Shown piece after piece: positions 33,303 through 43,481 of a stretch of DNA of 64,000 nt. This DNA is from an uncultured Acidobacteriaceae bacterium. Its GTDB lineage: Bacteria; Acidobacteriota; Terriglobia; Terriglobales; Acidobacteriaceae. The DNA is taken from the NCBI GenBank assembly GCA_963735895.1, contig CAVTMQ010000002.1, forward strand, positions 305,938 to 369,937, given 5' to 3'. Numbering within the stretch: position 1 is the stretch's first letter; every line of letters starts with the position of its first letter. The notes below the pieces were generated by a model. That model made no database searches, had not been told where the DNA came from, and worked only from the letters and a program-made list of their open reading frames with translations. Position numbers and translations under genes: made by a program.

Positions 33303-35468
33303 ATGGATCTCATCGGGAAAATCCGGCTCCTTCCCACCCAGCCCGGCGTGTATCTCTACAAGAACGCCGACGGCGACGTCATCTACGTCGGCAAGGCAAA
33401 GAATCTCCGCTCACGTGTCCGCTCCTACCTGCTCGAAGCTTCCCAGGCCAACGCCAAGACCGGCTCCCTCATGCGCGAGGCCGTCGACATCGACTACATC
33501 TTGGTCGCCAACGAACACGAAGCGCTTGCCCTCGAAAACAACCTCATTAAGCAGCGCAAACCACGCTTCAACATCCTCCTGCGCGACGACAAGACCTACC
33601 CCTACGTCAAGCTCACTCTCGCCGATCGCTTCCCCAAAGTCTTTGTCACTCGCCGCCTGCGCAAGGATGGCTCCGCCTACTACGGCCCCTACTTTCCCGG
33701 TAATCTCGCCTATCGAGTCGTTGAACTCATCCATCGCAGCTTCCTCATCCCCAGTTGCAAGGTCGATCTCTCGCGCTACCATCCCCGCGCCTGCCTGCAG
33801 TACTACATTCATCGCTGCCTCGGCCCCTGCGTCGAAGAACTCACCACGCCGGAGATTTACAAACAAGCCGTTCGCGACGCGCAGCTCTTCCTCGAAGGCC
33901 GCCAGTCTGAGCTCGAGCGCTCTCTCACTGCGCGTATGACAGCCGCCGCTGAGTCGGAGCAATTCGAAGCCGCTGCCCGCCTGCGCGACCAGCTCTCGAC
34001 GGTCCACCAGCTTCAGGAAAAACAGCGCATCGCCACCGCCGAACAAAGCGACGATGCCGACGTCTTCGGCTACCACTTTGAAGATGGCAGCCTCGCCATC
34101 AATCTGTTCCATATGCGCGGCGGCAAAATTGTCGACCGCCGAGAATTCTTCTGGGAAGACCTCCCGGAGTTGTTCGAAGCTCTCGATGATGGATCAGATT
34201 CGGAACCTGTCATCCTGAGCGACCGAAGCGGAGCGCAGGGAGTCGAAGGATCTGCGGTTGCTCTTTCGGCGGCGGGCAGCGCACTATCCGCTTCGGATGG
34301 CCACGGCTCAGGGAACCCATGTAGTGGGTCGCGTGCTGTTGAAGTGCAAAAAGAGAAAGGAGCTTTACCTCGTGAGCAAAATCCCACCTTCGACGCCGGC
34401 CAAGTCTTCTCCGCTCTTCTCAAACAGCTCTATATCGACCAGCACTACGTCCCCCGCTCAATCCTCGTCCCCGTCGATTTCGACGATCGCGATACCCTCG
34501 CCGCGCTCCTCAGCGAGCGCATCGACCACCGTGTCGAAATCGCCGTCCCGCAGCGCGGCGAAAAACGCTCTCTCGTCGATCTCGCAGGACAGAATGCCAA
34601 CCAGTCTTACATCCAGCGCTTTCGTGTTCTTGAGCCCTCTCGAAAAGCTATCCAGGAATCTCTCGCCGACATTCTCATGCTTCCTGAACTCCCGACGCGC
34701 ATTGAGTGTTTCGACATCTCCCACATCCAGGGATCAGAAACCGTCGCCTCCATGGTTGTCTGGGAAGACGGCAAGATGAACAAGTCGCAATACCGAAAAT
34801 TCAAAGTCATGACCGTACTCGGTGTCGACGACTTCGCCTCCATGCGCGAAGTCGTCACGCGCCGCTATCGCCGCATTCGCGACGACGCCGATGCCAAAGA
34901 AGGAAAAACTACCCCTGCATCCAACATGGAAGCGGCAAACAATGAGAACTTGGGTGCCCCATCCATGACGAAGTCATGGGCGGGAAACCGCGAATCTTCA
35001 TCCAAAGAACCCACCACCATGCCCTCCTTGATCCTGATCGACGGCGGCCTCGGGCAGCTTCACGCCGCCGCTGAAGCACTGGAGTCTCTCGGCTTCACCT
35101 CGCAGCCGCTTGCGTCAATCGCAAAAAAAGAAGAAGTGATCTACCTCTACGGCAACGAAGATGAACCCGTTGTCCTCGATCGCCGCTCGCCCGTACTCCA
35201 CCTCATTCAGATGATTCGCGACGAGAGCCATCGCTTCGCTATCGGCTATCACCGCCAGCGTCGAGCCATGCGCGACCGCGACTCCGAGCTTCTCAACATT
35301 CCCGGCGTCGGGCAACAAACTCGTCAGCGCCTGCTGACTCATTTCGGCAGCTTGCGCGACGTGCAGCAAGCCACCGCCGACTCGCTCGCCGCGGTCGTCT
35401 CCCGCAAAACCGCCGAATCCATCTGGCGCCATTTCCACGAGCAACCCGCTGAGATTCCGCCACTGTAA
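33303..35468 (+). CDS. uvrC: Excinuclease ABC subunit C, intact, with two in-frame insertions
   Basis: GIY-YIG (PGVYLY...IYVGKAKNLRSRV), UVR motif, RIECFDISH, LILIDGGLGQ, RDESHRFA, HhH IPGVG. Confidence 0.97.
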   Translation: MDLIGKIRLLPTQPGVYLYKNADGDVIYVGKAKNLRSRVRSYLLEASQANAKTGSLMREAVDIDYILVANEHEALALENNLIKQRKPRFNILLRDDKTYPYVKLTLADRFPKVFVTRRLRKDGSAYYGPYFPGNLAYRVVELIHRSFLIPSCKVDLSRYHPRACLQYYIHRCLGPCVEELTTPEIYKQAVRDAQLFLEGRQSELERSLTARMTAAAESEQFEAAARLRDQLSTVHQLQEKQRIATAEQSDDADVFGYHFEDGSLAINLFHMRGGKIVDRREFFWEDLPELFEALDDGSDSEPVILSDRSGAQGVEGSAVALSAAGSALSASDGHGSGNPCSGSRAVEVQKEKGALPREQNPTFDAGQVFSALLKQLYIDQHYVPRSILVPVDFDDRDTLAALLSERIDHRVEIAVPQRGEKRSLVDLAGQNANQSYIQRFRVLEPSRKAIQESLADILMLPELPTRIECFDISHIQGSETVASMVVWEDGKMNKSQYRKFKVMTVLGVDDFASMREVVTRRYRRIRDDADAKEGKTTPASNMEAANNENLGAPSMTKSWAGNRESSSKEPTTMPSLILIDGGLGQLHAAAEALESLGFTSQPLASIAKKEEVIYLYGNEDEPVVLDRRSPVLHLIQMIRDESHRFAIGYHRQRRAMRDRDSELLNIPGVGQQTRQRLLTHFGSLRDVQQATADSLAAVVSRKTAESIWRHFHEQPAEIPPL
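34208..34263 (+). repeat. REP-like repeat, family A, copy 5, in frame inside uvrC
   Basis: TGTCATCCTGAGCGACC...GAAGGATCTGCGGTTGCTC, translated as VILSDRSGAQGVEGSAVA. Confidence 0.85.
34952..34985 (+). repeat. REP-like repeat, family B, in frame inside uvrC
   Basis: GGGTGCCCCATCC-ATGACGAAGTCAT-GGGCGGGA, translated as GAPSMTKSWAG. Confidence 0.7.
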
Positions 35469-35553
35469 TTGCACGTGGCGCCATCCCACAAAACGAACAA
35501 CCGTGCCATCCTCTCCCGCATCCCAACTGGTGTCAGCCGAGGTGAATAGCATC

Positions 35554-36126
35554 ATGTGCCACTTTGGTTCACGCCCACTTCCGCCCTTCGCAGCCACTTC
35601 ACTAATCACCGTAATTATGGTCCTCACGGGTTGCATGCGCAGCGATCATCCCGACGTTAAGTTGGCTGTATACAACGCGCTCGATCAGCACGACCTGCGC
35701 AGCGTGACCGTCTCCGAAGACCGGCAAGCCGGCGTCATCACGCTGAGCGGAATCGTCGGCGCAACCGATCGCAAGCAACGAGCCGAACTGGTTGCCCGGC
35801 AGGCAGCTCCCGGCTACTCCATTGTCGATCGCATCCAGGTAGACAACGCCGGACTACAAGGTGAAGTGAAGGCCGCGACGCAATCAGCGCAGCTCGACAG
35901 CGCCATCGAAGATCACTTCAGGGCAACCCTCGCGTCGCATCGTGCCTTGAAAACACAGGATATTCAGTTCGCGGCAAACAATGGCACTCTCACGCTGAAG
36001 GGCACCGTGAGAACCGCTCAGGAGAGGAGAGAAGCCGAGGATCTGGCAAAGAAAGAACCCCAGGTTCAGCACGTCGTCAATGAAATCCAGATCAACGGCG
36101 GCAAACCGTCTCCGGCCAACTCCTGA
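35554..36126 (+). CDS. Double BON-domain lipoprotein
   Basis: Lipobox LTGC and two BON domains (GVITLSG.V; GTLTLKGTV...VVNEIQI). Confidence 0.88.
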   Translation: MCHFGSRPLPPFAATSLITVIMVLTGCMRSDHPDVKLAVYNALDQHDLRSVTVSEDRQAGVITLSGIVGATDRKQRAELVARQAAPGYSIVDRIQVDNAGLQGEVKAATQSAQLDSAIEDHFRATLASHRALKTQDIQFAANNGTLTLKGTVRTAQERREAEDLAKKEPQVQHVVNEIQINGGKPSPANS

Positions 36127-36140
36127 TACACACTCTGAAG

Positions 36141-36507
36141 TGTCAAGTGGGGTTCAGCCCTTGAGCCGTCTAACTTGGTCATTCCGCACCACAAAGAAAG
36201 TCGTCCCGATTTGCCGGTTATTTCCTGCTGTCCGCGCATAATTGGAATTGTCTGGAGCTAGTGCCGGATGAGCGGGATATCCGCGAGCTGCTCAGTCTAA
36301 CCCCCGCGCCGTTCAGATCGAGGAACAATGCGAGAATCTGCGCGCGCCGATTCTTTTGTCAGGGACATCTGATTCCCAGCTTAGGTCCTAAGTCGTTTGT
36401 GCAGAGGACTCTACGGATAAGTCTAATCTGTAGAAGACTTTGCGGTGGCTTGGCTCACGTAAGCCAAAGAAATGACATAACTTCTTTACAGAGTATGGGG
36501 GGGAGGG
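36141..36507. other. Non-coding element with degenerate AAGTC-N12-GACTY dyads and a G-tract end
   Basis: Dyads at 36390-36411 and 36419-36440, a weaker third near 36461, and GGGGGGGAGGG at 36497-36507. Confidence 0.4.
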
Positions 36508-36545
36508 CTAACCTGCAACCGATTAGTTGCATAATGGGCCTCCGG

Positions 36546-36959
36546 CTACCGCGCTCCCGCCACGCCGTCGTGATCGGTGATGGCAAACTTCTTGGTGCAC
36601 ACCGGACATTCGTGTTCCTTCGCGTCATCCATGCTGATCATCCGTGTTCCGCACGACGGACACTTGCCTCTGTGCTCGCCCATGCCCACCACCGGCCCAT
36701 ACAGCGGCGCGAGAATGCCGAGCACGATCATCGGTACGCCAAAAAAGATGCCCCAACCGAGCAGGCAGAGCAATATACCGGGGATGATCAGAATGGGAGC
36801 CGCGACGAGGCCAAAGTACAAGCCGCCAAACGCGCCGCGCGCCGGGTGATGTTCGTGCTCGCGCAGGTGTACTTCGTGCGCCACCGCAGTTCCACACTGC
36901 GGGCAGAAACTCCACGGCGATGAGAGATGAGTTCCGCACTTTGAACAGTTAGTGTTCAT
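36546..36959 (-). CDS. Zinc-ribbon membrane protein (double zinc ribbon, 2 TM, second Zn ribbon)
   Basis: CSKCG...FCPQCG, two TM helices, CPSCG...CPVC. Confidence 0.8.
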   Translation of the reverse strand: MNTNCSKCGTHLSSPWSFCPQCGTAVAHEVHLREHEHHPARGAFGGLYFGLVAAPILIIPGILLCLLGWGIFFGVPMIVLGILAPLYGPVVGMGEHRGKCPSCGTRMISMDDAKEHECPVCTKKFAITDHDGVAGAR

Positions 36960-37302
36960 AGGCCGACCGCTCCTCACGGTCTGTGCAGTCGACCGGAGCG
37001 CCTCAATTGCGATGCGCATCCATCGCCTGTTGCCCAGACGTTACCGCCGGCCCAACACCGTTGCCGGTGACACCCGTCACGTCTCGGTTCTACCTTTATT
37101 GGTCAACCACTTGCATTACGCTCCGATCGAATTAGATCTGATCCTGGGAATCTCTTCTGCATCGGTGCGCCTTCCAACTTTGATACGCTCGCGATATTCC
37201 CAACAGAACAGGCACCCGTCCACAAGGAGGCAACGCGGTTTCTTCGACGCGCCGAAGGCAGTCGGCCATGCCGCAGGTGCCGTGCTACCCTCACATCACC
37301 GC

Positions 37303-38706
37303 ATGAGCCAACAACTTTCTGCCATCCCCAACCAAGCTCAAGCTCCGGCCGATCTCCCCCGCGTACTCGGCGCATCGCAGGCCACCGCCATCGTGGTCGG
37401 AACCATCATTGGCAGCGGCATCTTTCTCGTGCCCACCGAGATGATGCGCGACACCGGCTCCTCCACCCTCGTCTATCTCGCCTGGATCGTCGGAGGCCTG
37501 CTCTCGCTCTTCGGCGCCATGACCTATGCCGAACTCGGCGCCATGCTTCCCTACGCTGGTGGCGAATATGTCTACCTCCGCGGAGCCTACGGCGACACAC
37601 CAGCTTTCCTCTACATGTGGACGTGGTTCGCGGTAGCCAAGCCCGCCTCCATCGCCGCTGTCACCATCGGCCTTGCGCGTACCCTGGAGTTCTTCCCCGC
37701 ATTCCACTTCCTGACGAACCACGTTGCTGGCACGCCAATCCTCTGGTCGCAAGTCTTTGCCATCGCCGTCACCTGGTTCATGACAGGACTCAACTATCTC
37801 GGCATCAAAAAAGCCGGCGACTTCCAACTCATCTTCACCATCCTCAAGGCCGTCCTCATCCTGATCGTCGCGGCACTCTGCTTCGCGTCAGCGACCGGTT
37901 CGTTCTCAAACTTCGCAACATCGCTGCCCCACGCTACCGGGGGCTTCAGCGGATTTATGCTCGCCCTCATCGCGACCCTTTGGGCCTACGACGGATGGAA
38001 CGACCTCACCATGGTCGCCGGCGAAGTCCGCCGCCCCGAGCGCTCGCTTCCCATCGCTCTCATCGGCGGGCTCTTCATCGTCGGCATTCTTTTCATGGCC
38101 ACCAACGCCGCCATTCAATACATCCTGCCCGCTACGCAGATTGCTGCCTCCGAGCGCCCAGCCGTCGCCGCGCTTTCCGTTGTCGCAGGCCCGCGAGGTG
38201 CAGGATTTGTCGCCGCCGCCATGGCCCTCAGCATCTTCGTCACGCTCAATGGAACCATCATGTCGGGCGCTCGCATCCCCTTCGCCGCCGCGCGTGACCG
38301 CCTCTTCTTCCGCCAGTTCGCGCGCATCAGCCCGCGCTTCCAGTCCCCGTCCACTTCCCTCATCGTCCAGGGACTGCTCTCCACCGTGTTGCTGCTTTTC
38401 CTCTCGCAATTCCAACAGCATTTCGAACTCGCCGTCTTCGCCGAGTGGCTCTTCTACATGCTTACCGCGACAACAGTGTTCGTTTATCGCCGGCGCCATC
38501 CCGATCTCGCCCGCCCCTATCGCGTCTGGGGATATCCGATCCTCCCCGCCATCTTCGTCCTCTGCGCTGCTGCAGTTCTCATCTACAGCTATGCCGGCAA
38601 CCTGAAAGGATCGCTACTGGGCACTGCCCTCATCCTTTTGGGCCTCCCAGTTCTATGGCTAGTCCGCAAAATTTACGGCGAGTCGCTCCCGTCATCTTTG
38701 CGCTGA
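37303..38706 (+). CDS. APC-family amino acid permease
   Basis: VGTIIGSGIF, YAELGAMLPYAGGEYVYL, WAYDGW, RPYRVWGYP. Confidence 0.93.
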   Translation: MSQQLSAIPNQAQAPADLPRVLGASQATAIVVGTIIGSGIFLVPTEMMRDTGSSTLVYLAWIVGGLLSLFGAMTYAELGAMLPYAGGEYVYLRGAYGDTPAFLYMWTWFAVAKPASIAAVTIGLARTLEFFPAFHFLTNHVAGTPILWSQVFAIAVTWFMTGLNYLGIKKAGDFQLIFTILKAVLILIVAALCFASATGSFSNFATSLPHATGGFSGFMLALIATLWAYDGWNDLTMVAGEVRRPERSLPIALIGGLFIVGILFMATNAAIQYILPATQIAASERPAVAALSVVAGPRGAGFVAAAMALSIFVTLNGTIMSGARIPFAAARDRLFFRQFARISPRFQSPSTSLIVQGLLSTVLLLFLSQFQQHFELAVFAEWLFYMLTATTVFVYRRRHPDLARPYRVWGYPILPAIFVLCAAAVLIYSYAGNLKGSLLGTALILLGLPVLWLVRKIYGESLPSSLR

Positions 38707-38762
38707 AGTATGCTGGGTCAGCGAGCCGATTGGTTCATCAACCCGCATTAGGGAGATTCCCG

Positions 38763-39179
38763 TTGTCCAATATCAAGACCCAGCTATGGCAAAGTCCGAA
38801 ATTCGCCATTGAACGCATCGAGGACGAGGAGCGAGGCGTCCTCATCTTCCGGTTCACGGGAGCCTTTGCAGCGAACGAAATGTACAGCGTCCTCAAACCC
38901 CTGGCCGTCGTCAACATCTTCGAATTCGAGCCTGCGCCTGGCAAGGAACGCCCAACCCTCAACATCTTCGATATCACCGACGTTCCCACACTGGACTCCT
39001 CCGGCCTCGGTCTGGTCATCAGTCATTTCATTCGCTCTCGCGCGCGAGGTGTTCGTGTCATTGCCGTCGGAGCCAGCGCGAACGTCCAACAACTTTTCAA
39101 ATTCACCAGAGTCGATGCCCTTATCCCCACCGCTGCAACTGTTGCGGAAGCCATCGCCGCTCCGATCTCGAGAACCTGA
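38763..39179 (+). CDS. STAS-domain anti-sigma-factor antagonist (paralog 1)
   Basis: FDITDVPTLDSSGLG...VQQLFKFTRVD. TTG start behind AGGGAG. Confidence 0.85.
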   Translation: MSNIKTQLWQSPKFAIERIEDEERGVLIFRFTGAFAANEMYSVLKPLAVVNIFEFEPAPGKERPTLNIFDITDVPTLDSSGLGLVISHFIRSRARGVRVIAVGASANVQQLFKFTRVDALIPTAATVAEAIAAPISRT

Positions 39180-39273
39180 AAGCAGTGACATTTGACACAG
39201 CCTGTGCGCAGTTCACCTTTCCGAAACAAACCCCTTCCGCCGGTTCCCGGGCGCCAAGTACAATCCAATAGAA

Positions 39274-39675
39274 ATGTCTCTCACCCACACAGAGCTCTGG
39301 AAAAGCGCCACATTCACGATAGAAAGAATTGAAGGCCGGGCCCCGGGAACTTTGATCTACCGCATCAGCGGGCCATTCAACGCGCGCGACATGTACGGCA
39401 GCATGAAGCAGGTCGCGCTGGGCAACATCTTCGACTTCAAGACGGCCCCCGGTGCAGAGACCCCCACGCTTCATCTCTTCGACATCTCCGCTGTCCCGCA
39501 GATGGACTCCTCTGCCCTGGGAACGATCGTCAGCCACTTCATCAGCTGCCGGAACAAGGGGATCCGTGTGGTCGCGGTTGCGCCCAGTCCGAACGTCATT
39601 CAACTTTTCAAATTTACCAAGGTCGATACGCTCATTCCTACCGCAGAGACCATCGAAGAAGCGTTGGGCGCGTGA
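39274..39675 (+). CDS. STAS-domain anti-sigma-factor antagonist (paralog 2)
   Basis: FDISAVPQMDSSALG...VIQLFKFTKVD. Confidence 0.88.
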   Translation: MSLTHTELWKSATFTIERIEGRAPGTLIYRISGPFNARDMYGSMKQVALGNIFDFKTAPGAETPTLHLFDISAVPQMDSSALGTIVSHFISCRNKGIRVVAVAPSPNVIQLFKFTKVDTLIPTAETIEEALGA

Positions 39676-39762
39676 TTCGGAATCGGCGGCACGTTGTACT
39701 CGGCATCTCGCCCAACTCCGCAGCGATCGACTGGCGCGCCGAAGATAGCCAGGACCGCTGAG

Positions 39763-40527
39763 ATGGTTCTAAATCCAGCTCGATACCTCATCCGACTCGA
39801 CGATCTTTGTCCAACCATGCGTCGTGACCGGTACGAGCATTTCTTGTCGATCGCCGCACGCTATAAGGTACCTCCGATTCTCGCCGTTGTTCCCGCCAAT
39901 CAGGATCCGGAATTGGATCTGCAGTCTCCCGATCCCGAATTCTGGGAGCGGATGCGATCCTGCGAAGATGCAGGAGCCACGATCGCGATGCATGGCTATC
40001 GCCACCAGTGCACGAACCAGGGCAAGTCCCTCCTCGGGCTGCACGAGGACACTGAATTCGCTGGCGTCGAGGAATCACTACAGAGGAAATGGATTCGCTG
40101 CGGTCTCGCAATACTTCGCGGGCATGGTCTCAATCCACGCCTATTTGTCGCTCCCCGCCATGGATTCGATGACGCTACGCTCCGCGCCCTTGCCTGCGAG
40201 GGCCTGGGAATCCTGTCCGATGGTTTCGCCAGTCGCCCCTTCATGCGCAGCGATATCCTATGGATCCCGCAACAACTCTGGGAACCGGTCCCGAAAAAGA
40301 CCGGCCTCTGGACCATTTGCATTCACCCCAACACCACTTCTGCCGCTCACGAGGCCAAATTACAGGAATTCCTTGCCGAAAACGACGATCGGTTTACCAG
40401 TTTCGACGACGTGGTTGCTGACGCCCCACCCAACCGTCTCCGCTGGAACGAGCGTGTCGAGGAGGCTCTGACAAATCTCCGGGTAAGAGTCTCGCGCGCA
40501 AAATCCCGCACGGCACTCTCGAACTGA
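39763..40527 (+). CDS. DUF2334 / CE4-like polysaccharide deacetylase
   Basis: YLIRLDD, AVVP, IAMHGYRH, EF, FVAPRH, CIHP. Confidence 0.8.
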   Translation: MVLNPARYLIRLDDLCPTMRRDRYEHFLSIAARYKVPPILAVVPANQDPELDLQSPDPEFWERMRSCEDAGATIAMHGYRHQCTNQGKSLLGLHEDTEFAGVEESLQRKWIRCGLAILRGHGLNPRLFVAPRHGFDDATLRALACEGLGILSDGFASRPFMRSDILWIPQQLWEPVPKKTGLWTICIHPNTTSAAHEAKLQEFLAENDDRFTSFDDVVADAPPNRLRWNERVEEALTNLRVRVSRAKSRTALSN

Positions 40528-40666
40528 TCATCGGGAAGATCGAATGCTCGGTGCACTCTCATGTGAGACGCACTTCGGAGGCAGGACCAGTGAGCTTGTC
40601 TGCATCGTCGTCATGCGCCTTTGGCGACAGCTACGGAAGGGCGTCTGGGTTTAAACTTGCAGACAC

Positions 40667-41176
40667 ATGCGAGTATTTGGAATTGACTGCGGAACCGAGA
40701 TCACCGGGTTCGGCGTAGTGGAATCGGATGACTCCGGTCCACTGACCCGAATTGTGTGCAAAACCTCGGGAGCCATCCGTCTCGCGAAGTCTAAATCCCT
40801 CCCCGAAAGACTTGCCGAGGTTTACTGCTCGCTCTCCGCGGAGTTGGAGCGTTGGCAGCCGGAAGTTGTTGCGATTGAAGAGGTTTTCTATTCCGTAAAC
40901 GCGAAGTCGGCACTCAAGCTCGGACAGGTGCGCGGAGTGGCATTGCTGGCCGCAGCGCAGCGGCACCTGCCAGTGGCAGAATATGCGCCGCTCAGTATAA
41001 AGTCGTCTGTCGTGGGCTACGGACTGGCAAAAAAGGAGCAGGTTCAGTTCATGGTCGCTCGGCTTTTGGACCTGCCGGAGCTTCCGCAACCCGCAGACGC
41101 CGCCGATGCGTTGGCAATCGCCATCTGTCACCTGCACACCGCACAGACCTTGGCTTTCCAGGAGGGCCGCCGATGA
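40667..41176 (+). CDS. ruvC: Holliday junction resolvase RuvC
   Basis: FGIDCG...GFGVV, AIEEVF, KLGQVRG, GYGLAKKEQVQFMV, DAADALAIAICH. Confidence 0.96.
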   Translation: MRVFGIDCGTEITGFGVVESDDSGPLTRIVCKTSGAIRLAKSKSLPERLAEVYCSLSAELERWQPEVVAIEEVFYSVNAKSALKLGQVRGVALLAAAQRHLPVAEYAPLSIKSSVVGYGLAKKEQVQFMVARLLDLPELPQPADAADALAIAICHLHTAQTLAFQEGRR

Positions 41177-41823
41177 AAATTGCGCTTGCCTTCATGGCAT
41201 TACTGGTTGCGATCCCGGCTCGTGGAGAATCCGATGCAATGGTCCGGGTCGACTTCTCCAACCCTGGACTCTACCCCGCGCAATGGACCCTGGTGATTCA
41301 CCCCGACGGCAGCGGCCATTTTCACGCAGAGGGGGGCAACAAACCCGATGATCAAGATGCGATGATCTCGCCGGCGAAGGTGGATCGCGACGTGAATCTT
41401 AGCGGCGACTTTGTGAATCACGTCTTCTCCGTCGCCCACGAGAGCCGTATTCTCCACGGCAAATGCGAGAGCCACCTGAAAGTCGCATTCCAGGGATGGA
41501 AGAAGATCAGCTACAGTGGCCCTGATGGGGTGGGTGGGTGCGAATTCAACTACTCCACGGACAAGGATATCCAGGAACTGGGTGACTCTCTAGTTGCAGT
41601 GGGATCGACGCTGATCGAGGGCGCGCGGCTTGAGTTGCTGCTGCAGCACGATCCACTCGGCCTCGACAAGGCGATCCAGTATGTTGTGGAGGCTTCAGAC
41701 GACGGCCGTTTGCAGCAGATTTGCGCGATTCGAGACATCCTGGAGCGCCTTCAAGACGATCCTCATGTCCTTGAAAGAGTAAGAAAGAGGGCTCGAATGC
41801 TGCTGGCGCGCGCAGGAAGCTAA
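41173..41823 (+). CDS. Exported hypothetical protein
   Basis: Signal peptide; ATGA overlap with ruvC. Confidence 0.8.
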   Translation: MKIALAFMALLVAIPARGESDAMVRVDFSNPGLYPAQWTLVIHPDGSGHFHAEGGNKPDDQDAMISPAKVDRDVNLSGDFVNHVFSVAHESRILHGKCESHLKVAFQGWKKISYSGPDGVGGCEFNYSTDKDIQELGDSLVAVGSTLIEGARLELLLQHDPLGLDKAIQYVVEASDDGRLQQICAIRDILERLQDDPHVLERVRKRARMLLARAGS

Positions 41824-41942
41824 ATCGGCTTGGTTTGCGGAATTCGGGCGCGACTTTCGCCTGTTTTAACGGTCTGAATAGGTGTGGGCTCCTCGCGATG
41901 CGAATCTCTCATCGGAGGCCAAGGGGAAAGGGTGGGGGCTCC

Positions 41943-43472
41943 ATGATGAATAGATTAAACAAAGGTCAATTGGGGCCAGCCGTCGGTTTTCTGGAGCTGG
42001 CTTTGTTTTTGGCGGCGGCTTCCGCTACCCTCTGCGCGCAGCAGCCAGACCCCAACGTACGCGCTGCCCGCCTGGGCTTTGTGGAAGGCGACGTACAGCT
42101 GACCCAGGGCAGCCAGGTGCTGGCCAACCCGGCATTGGTGAATACCCCTCTGTTCGAGGGAACCGAGATCACGACGAAAGAAGATGGAAGGGCCGAGATT
42201 CAGTTCGATGACGGCAGCGTAGCCCGCATCTCGCCCAACAGTTCGCTCAAGATTGCAGCGCTCCGGCAGGACGGGGGCGCAGCCAAAGTTGAATTACAGC
42301 TTGAGAGCGGGTTGGCTTACTTCGAGATGCAGGGTGACACCGCCGCGGGCCGAATGACTGCCCGCTTTGGCGATAGCACCGTGACCGCCAGTGGATTTAC
42401 AGTGCTTCGCATCAGCCTTGACAATCCTCCCGGCGAACTCGCCGTGTTTTCCGGCAACGCCCACTTGGAGCGCGATAATACCCTTTCGATGGACCTGCAC
42501 GGTGGCGAAAGCGTCGCTCTCAACGCCACGGATCCCAATCTCTACAACCTCTCTGAAACCATCGAACCGGACTCATGGGACGCATGGAACGCCGACCGTG
42601 ACCAGGAGCTGAACTCGCAGGAAGCCGCCAAGACCGCAGCCAGTGGCAGCTCGATCAACAGCAACAATCCGGCCTGGGGCGACCTGGACGCCAACGGCAA
42701 CTGGTACAACGTTCCCGGCCAGGGCTACGTGTGGTCTCCGTACGCCGCAGCCTCAGGCAACTGGGATCCTTACGGTTGCGGCAACTGGGTTTGGACACCG
42801 CAGTTCGGCTACGTTTGGGTCTCCTGTGAACAGTGGGGCTACCTGCCTTACACGAGCGGGAATTGGAACTACTACGATGGATTCGGGTGGGGTTGGGCAC
42901 CCGGTTTTGGATATCCGTGGTGGACCACCGGGGCCTGGGGATGGAATGTCGGCACCAGACCGCCTCGGTATCTGCCGCCGCACCGCCCACGCGGAACTCC
43001 GGTTCGTCCGCCAAACCAGCCAATCAGGCGTGGAGGCTTCTATCAACCCAACCCGGTGATCGCGGTCAATCGAATTCCGAGTTCTCCGGCCGCGAATCCT
43101 GCCCACATGGTTGGCGGCCCGGTAACGATCGGCGGAGCAACCGTCGAAGCCCTGAGACCGCTGTCACCTCGGCCGACGTATAACCCATCGACTGCCTCTG
43201 CCTTTAACCGATCCAATTCGGGCTATGGCTATGCCGGAACACCCTACGGAAGGTCCGGCTATGTTCCGTGGGCTAACTCAGCAACAGGTCGCCCCGGCGC
43301 CTGGACGATGCCGACGGCGCCCGGCGGCTACCGCGGTCCGGCGCCCAGCCGCGGATACACCGGCGGCGCTTCGCACGTGAGTAGCGGCGGAGGCGGTGGT
43401 GGGCACGTCAGCAGCGGAGGTGGCGGCGGAGCTCACGCTGGTGGCGGCGGGGGTGCGGCGGGTCACCACTAG
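41943..43472 (+). CDS. FecR-domain protein with W/G/Y-rich (DUF6600-like) repeats and Gly-rich tail
   Basis: ARLGFVEGDV...GRAEIQFDDGSVARI FecR-like; DLDANGNW...YVWSP...WGYLPYTSGNW. 30-nt tandem (HVSSGGGGG) repeats near 43374-43465. Confidence 0.8.
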   Translation: MMNRLNKGQLGPAVGFLELALFLAAASATLCAQQPDPNVRAARLGFVEGDVQLTQGSQVLANPALVNTPLFEGTEITTKEDGRAEIQFDDGSVARISPNSSLKIAALRQDGGAAKVELQLESGLAYFEMQGDTAAGRMTARFGDSTVTASGFTVLRISLDNPPGELAVFSGNAHLERDNTLSMDLHGGESVALNATDPNLYNLSETIEPDSWDAWNADRDQELNSQEAAKTAASGSSINSNNPAWGDLDANGNWYNVPGQGYVWSPYAAASGNWDPYGCGNWVWTPQFGYVWVSCEQWGYLPYTSGNWNYYDGFGWGWAPGFGYPWWTTGAWGWNVGTRPPRYLPPHRPRGTPVRPPNQPIRRGGFYQPNPVIAVNRIPSSPAANPAHMVGGPVTIGGATVEALRPLSPRPTYNPSTASAFNRSNSGYGYAGTPYGRSGYVPWANSATGRPGAWTMPTAPGGYRGPAPSRGYTGGASHVSSGGGGGGHVSSGGGGGAHAGGGGGAAGHH

Positions 43473-43481
43473 ACTCAGATC

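Noticed and set aside
34170-35015. uvrC insertions as inteins or introns
   Set aside because: Too short, with no Cys/Ser...His-Asn splice motifs or group I/II features; explained by the embedded palindromic repeats.
32175-36440. Possible CRISPR mini-arrays (32175-32222 and 36389-36440)
   Set aside because: The repeats are too short or degenerate, there are only two units, spacer lengths do not fit, and there are no cas genes.
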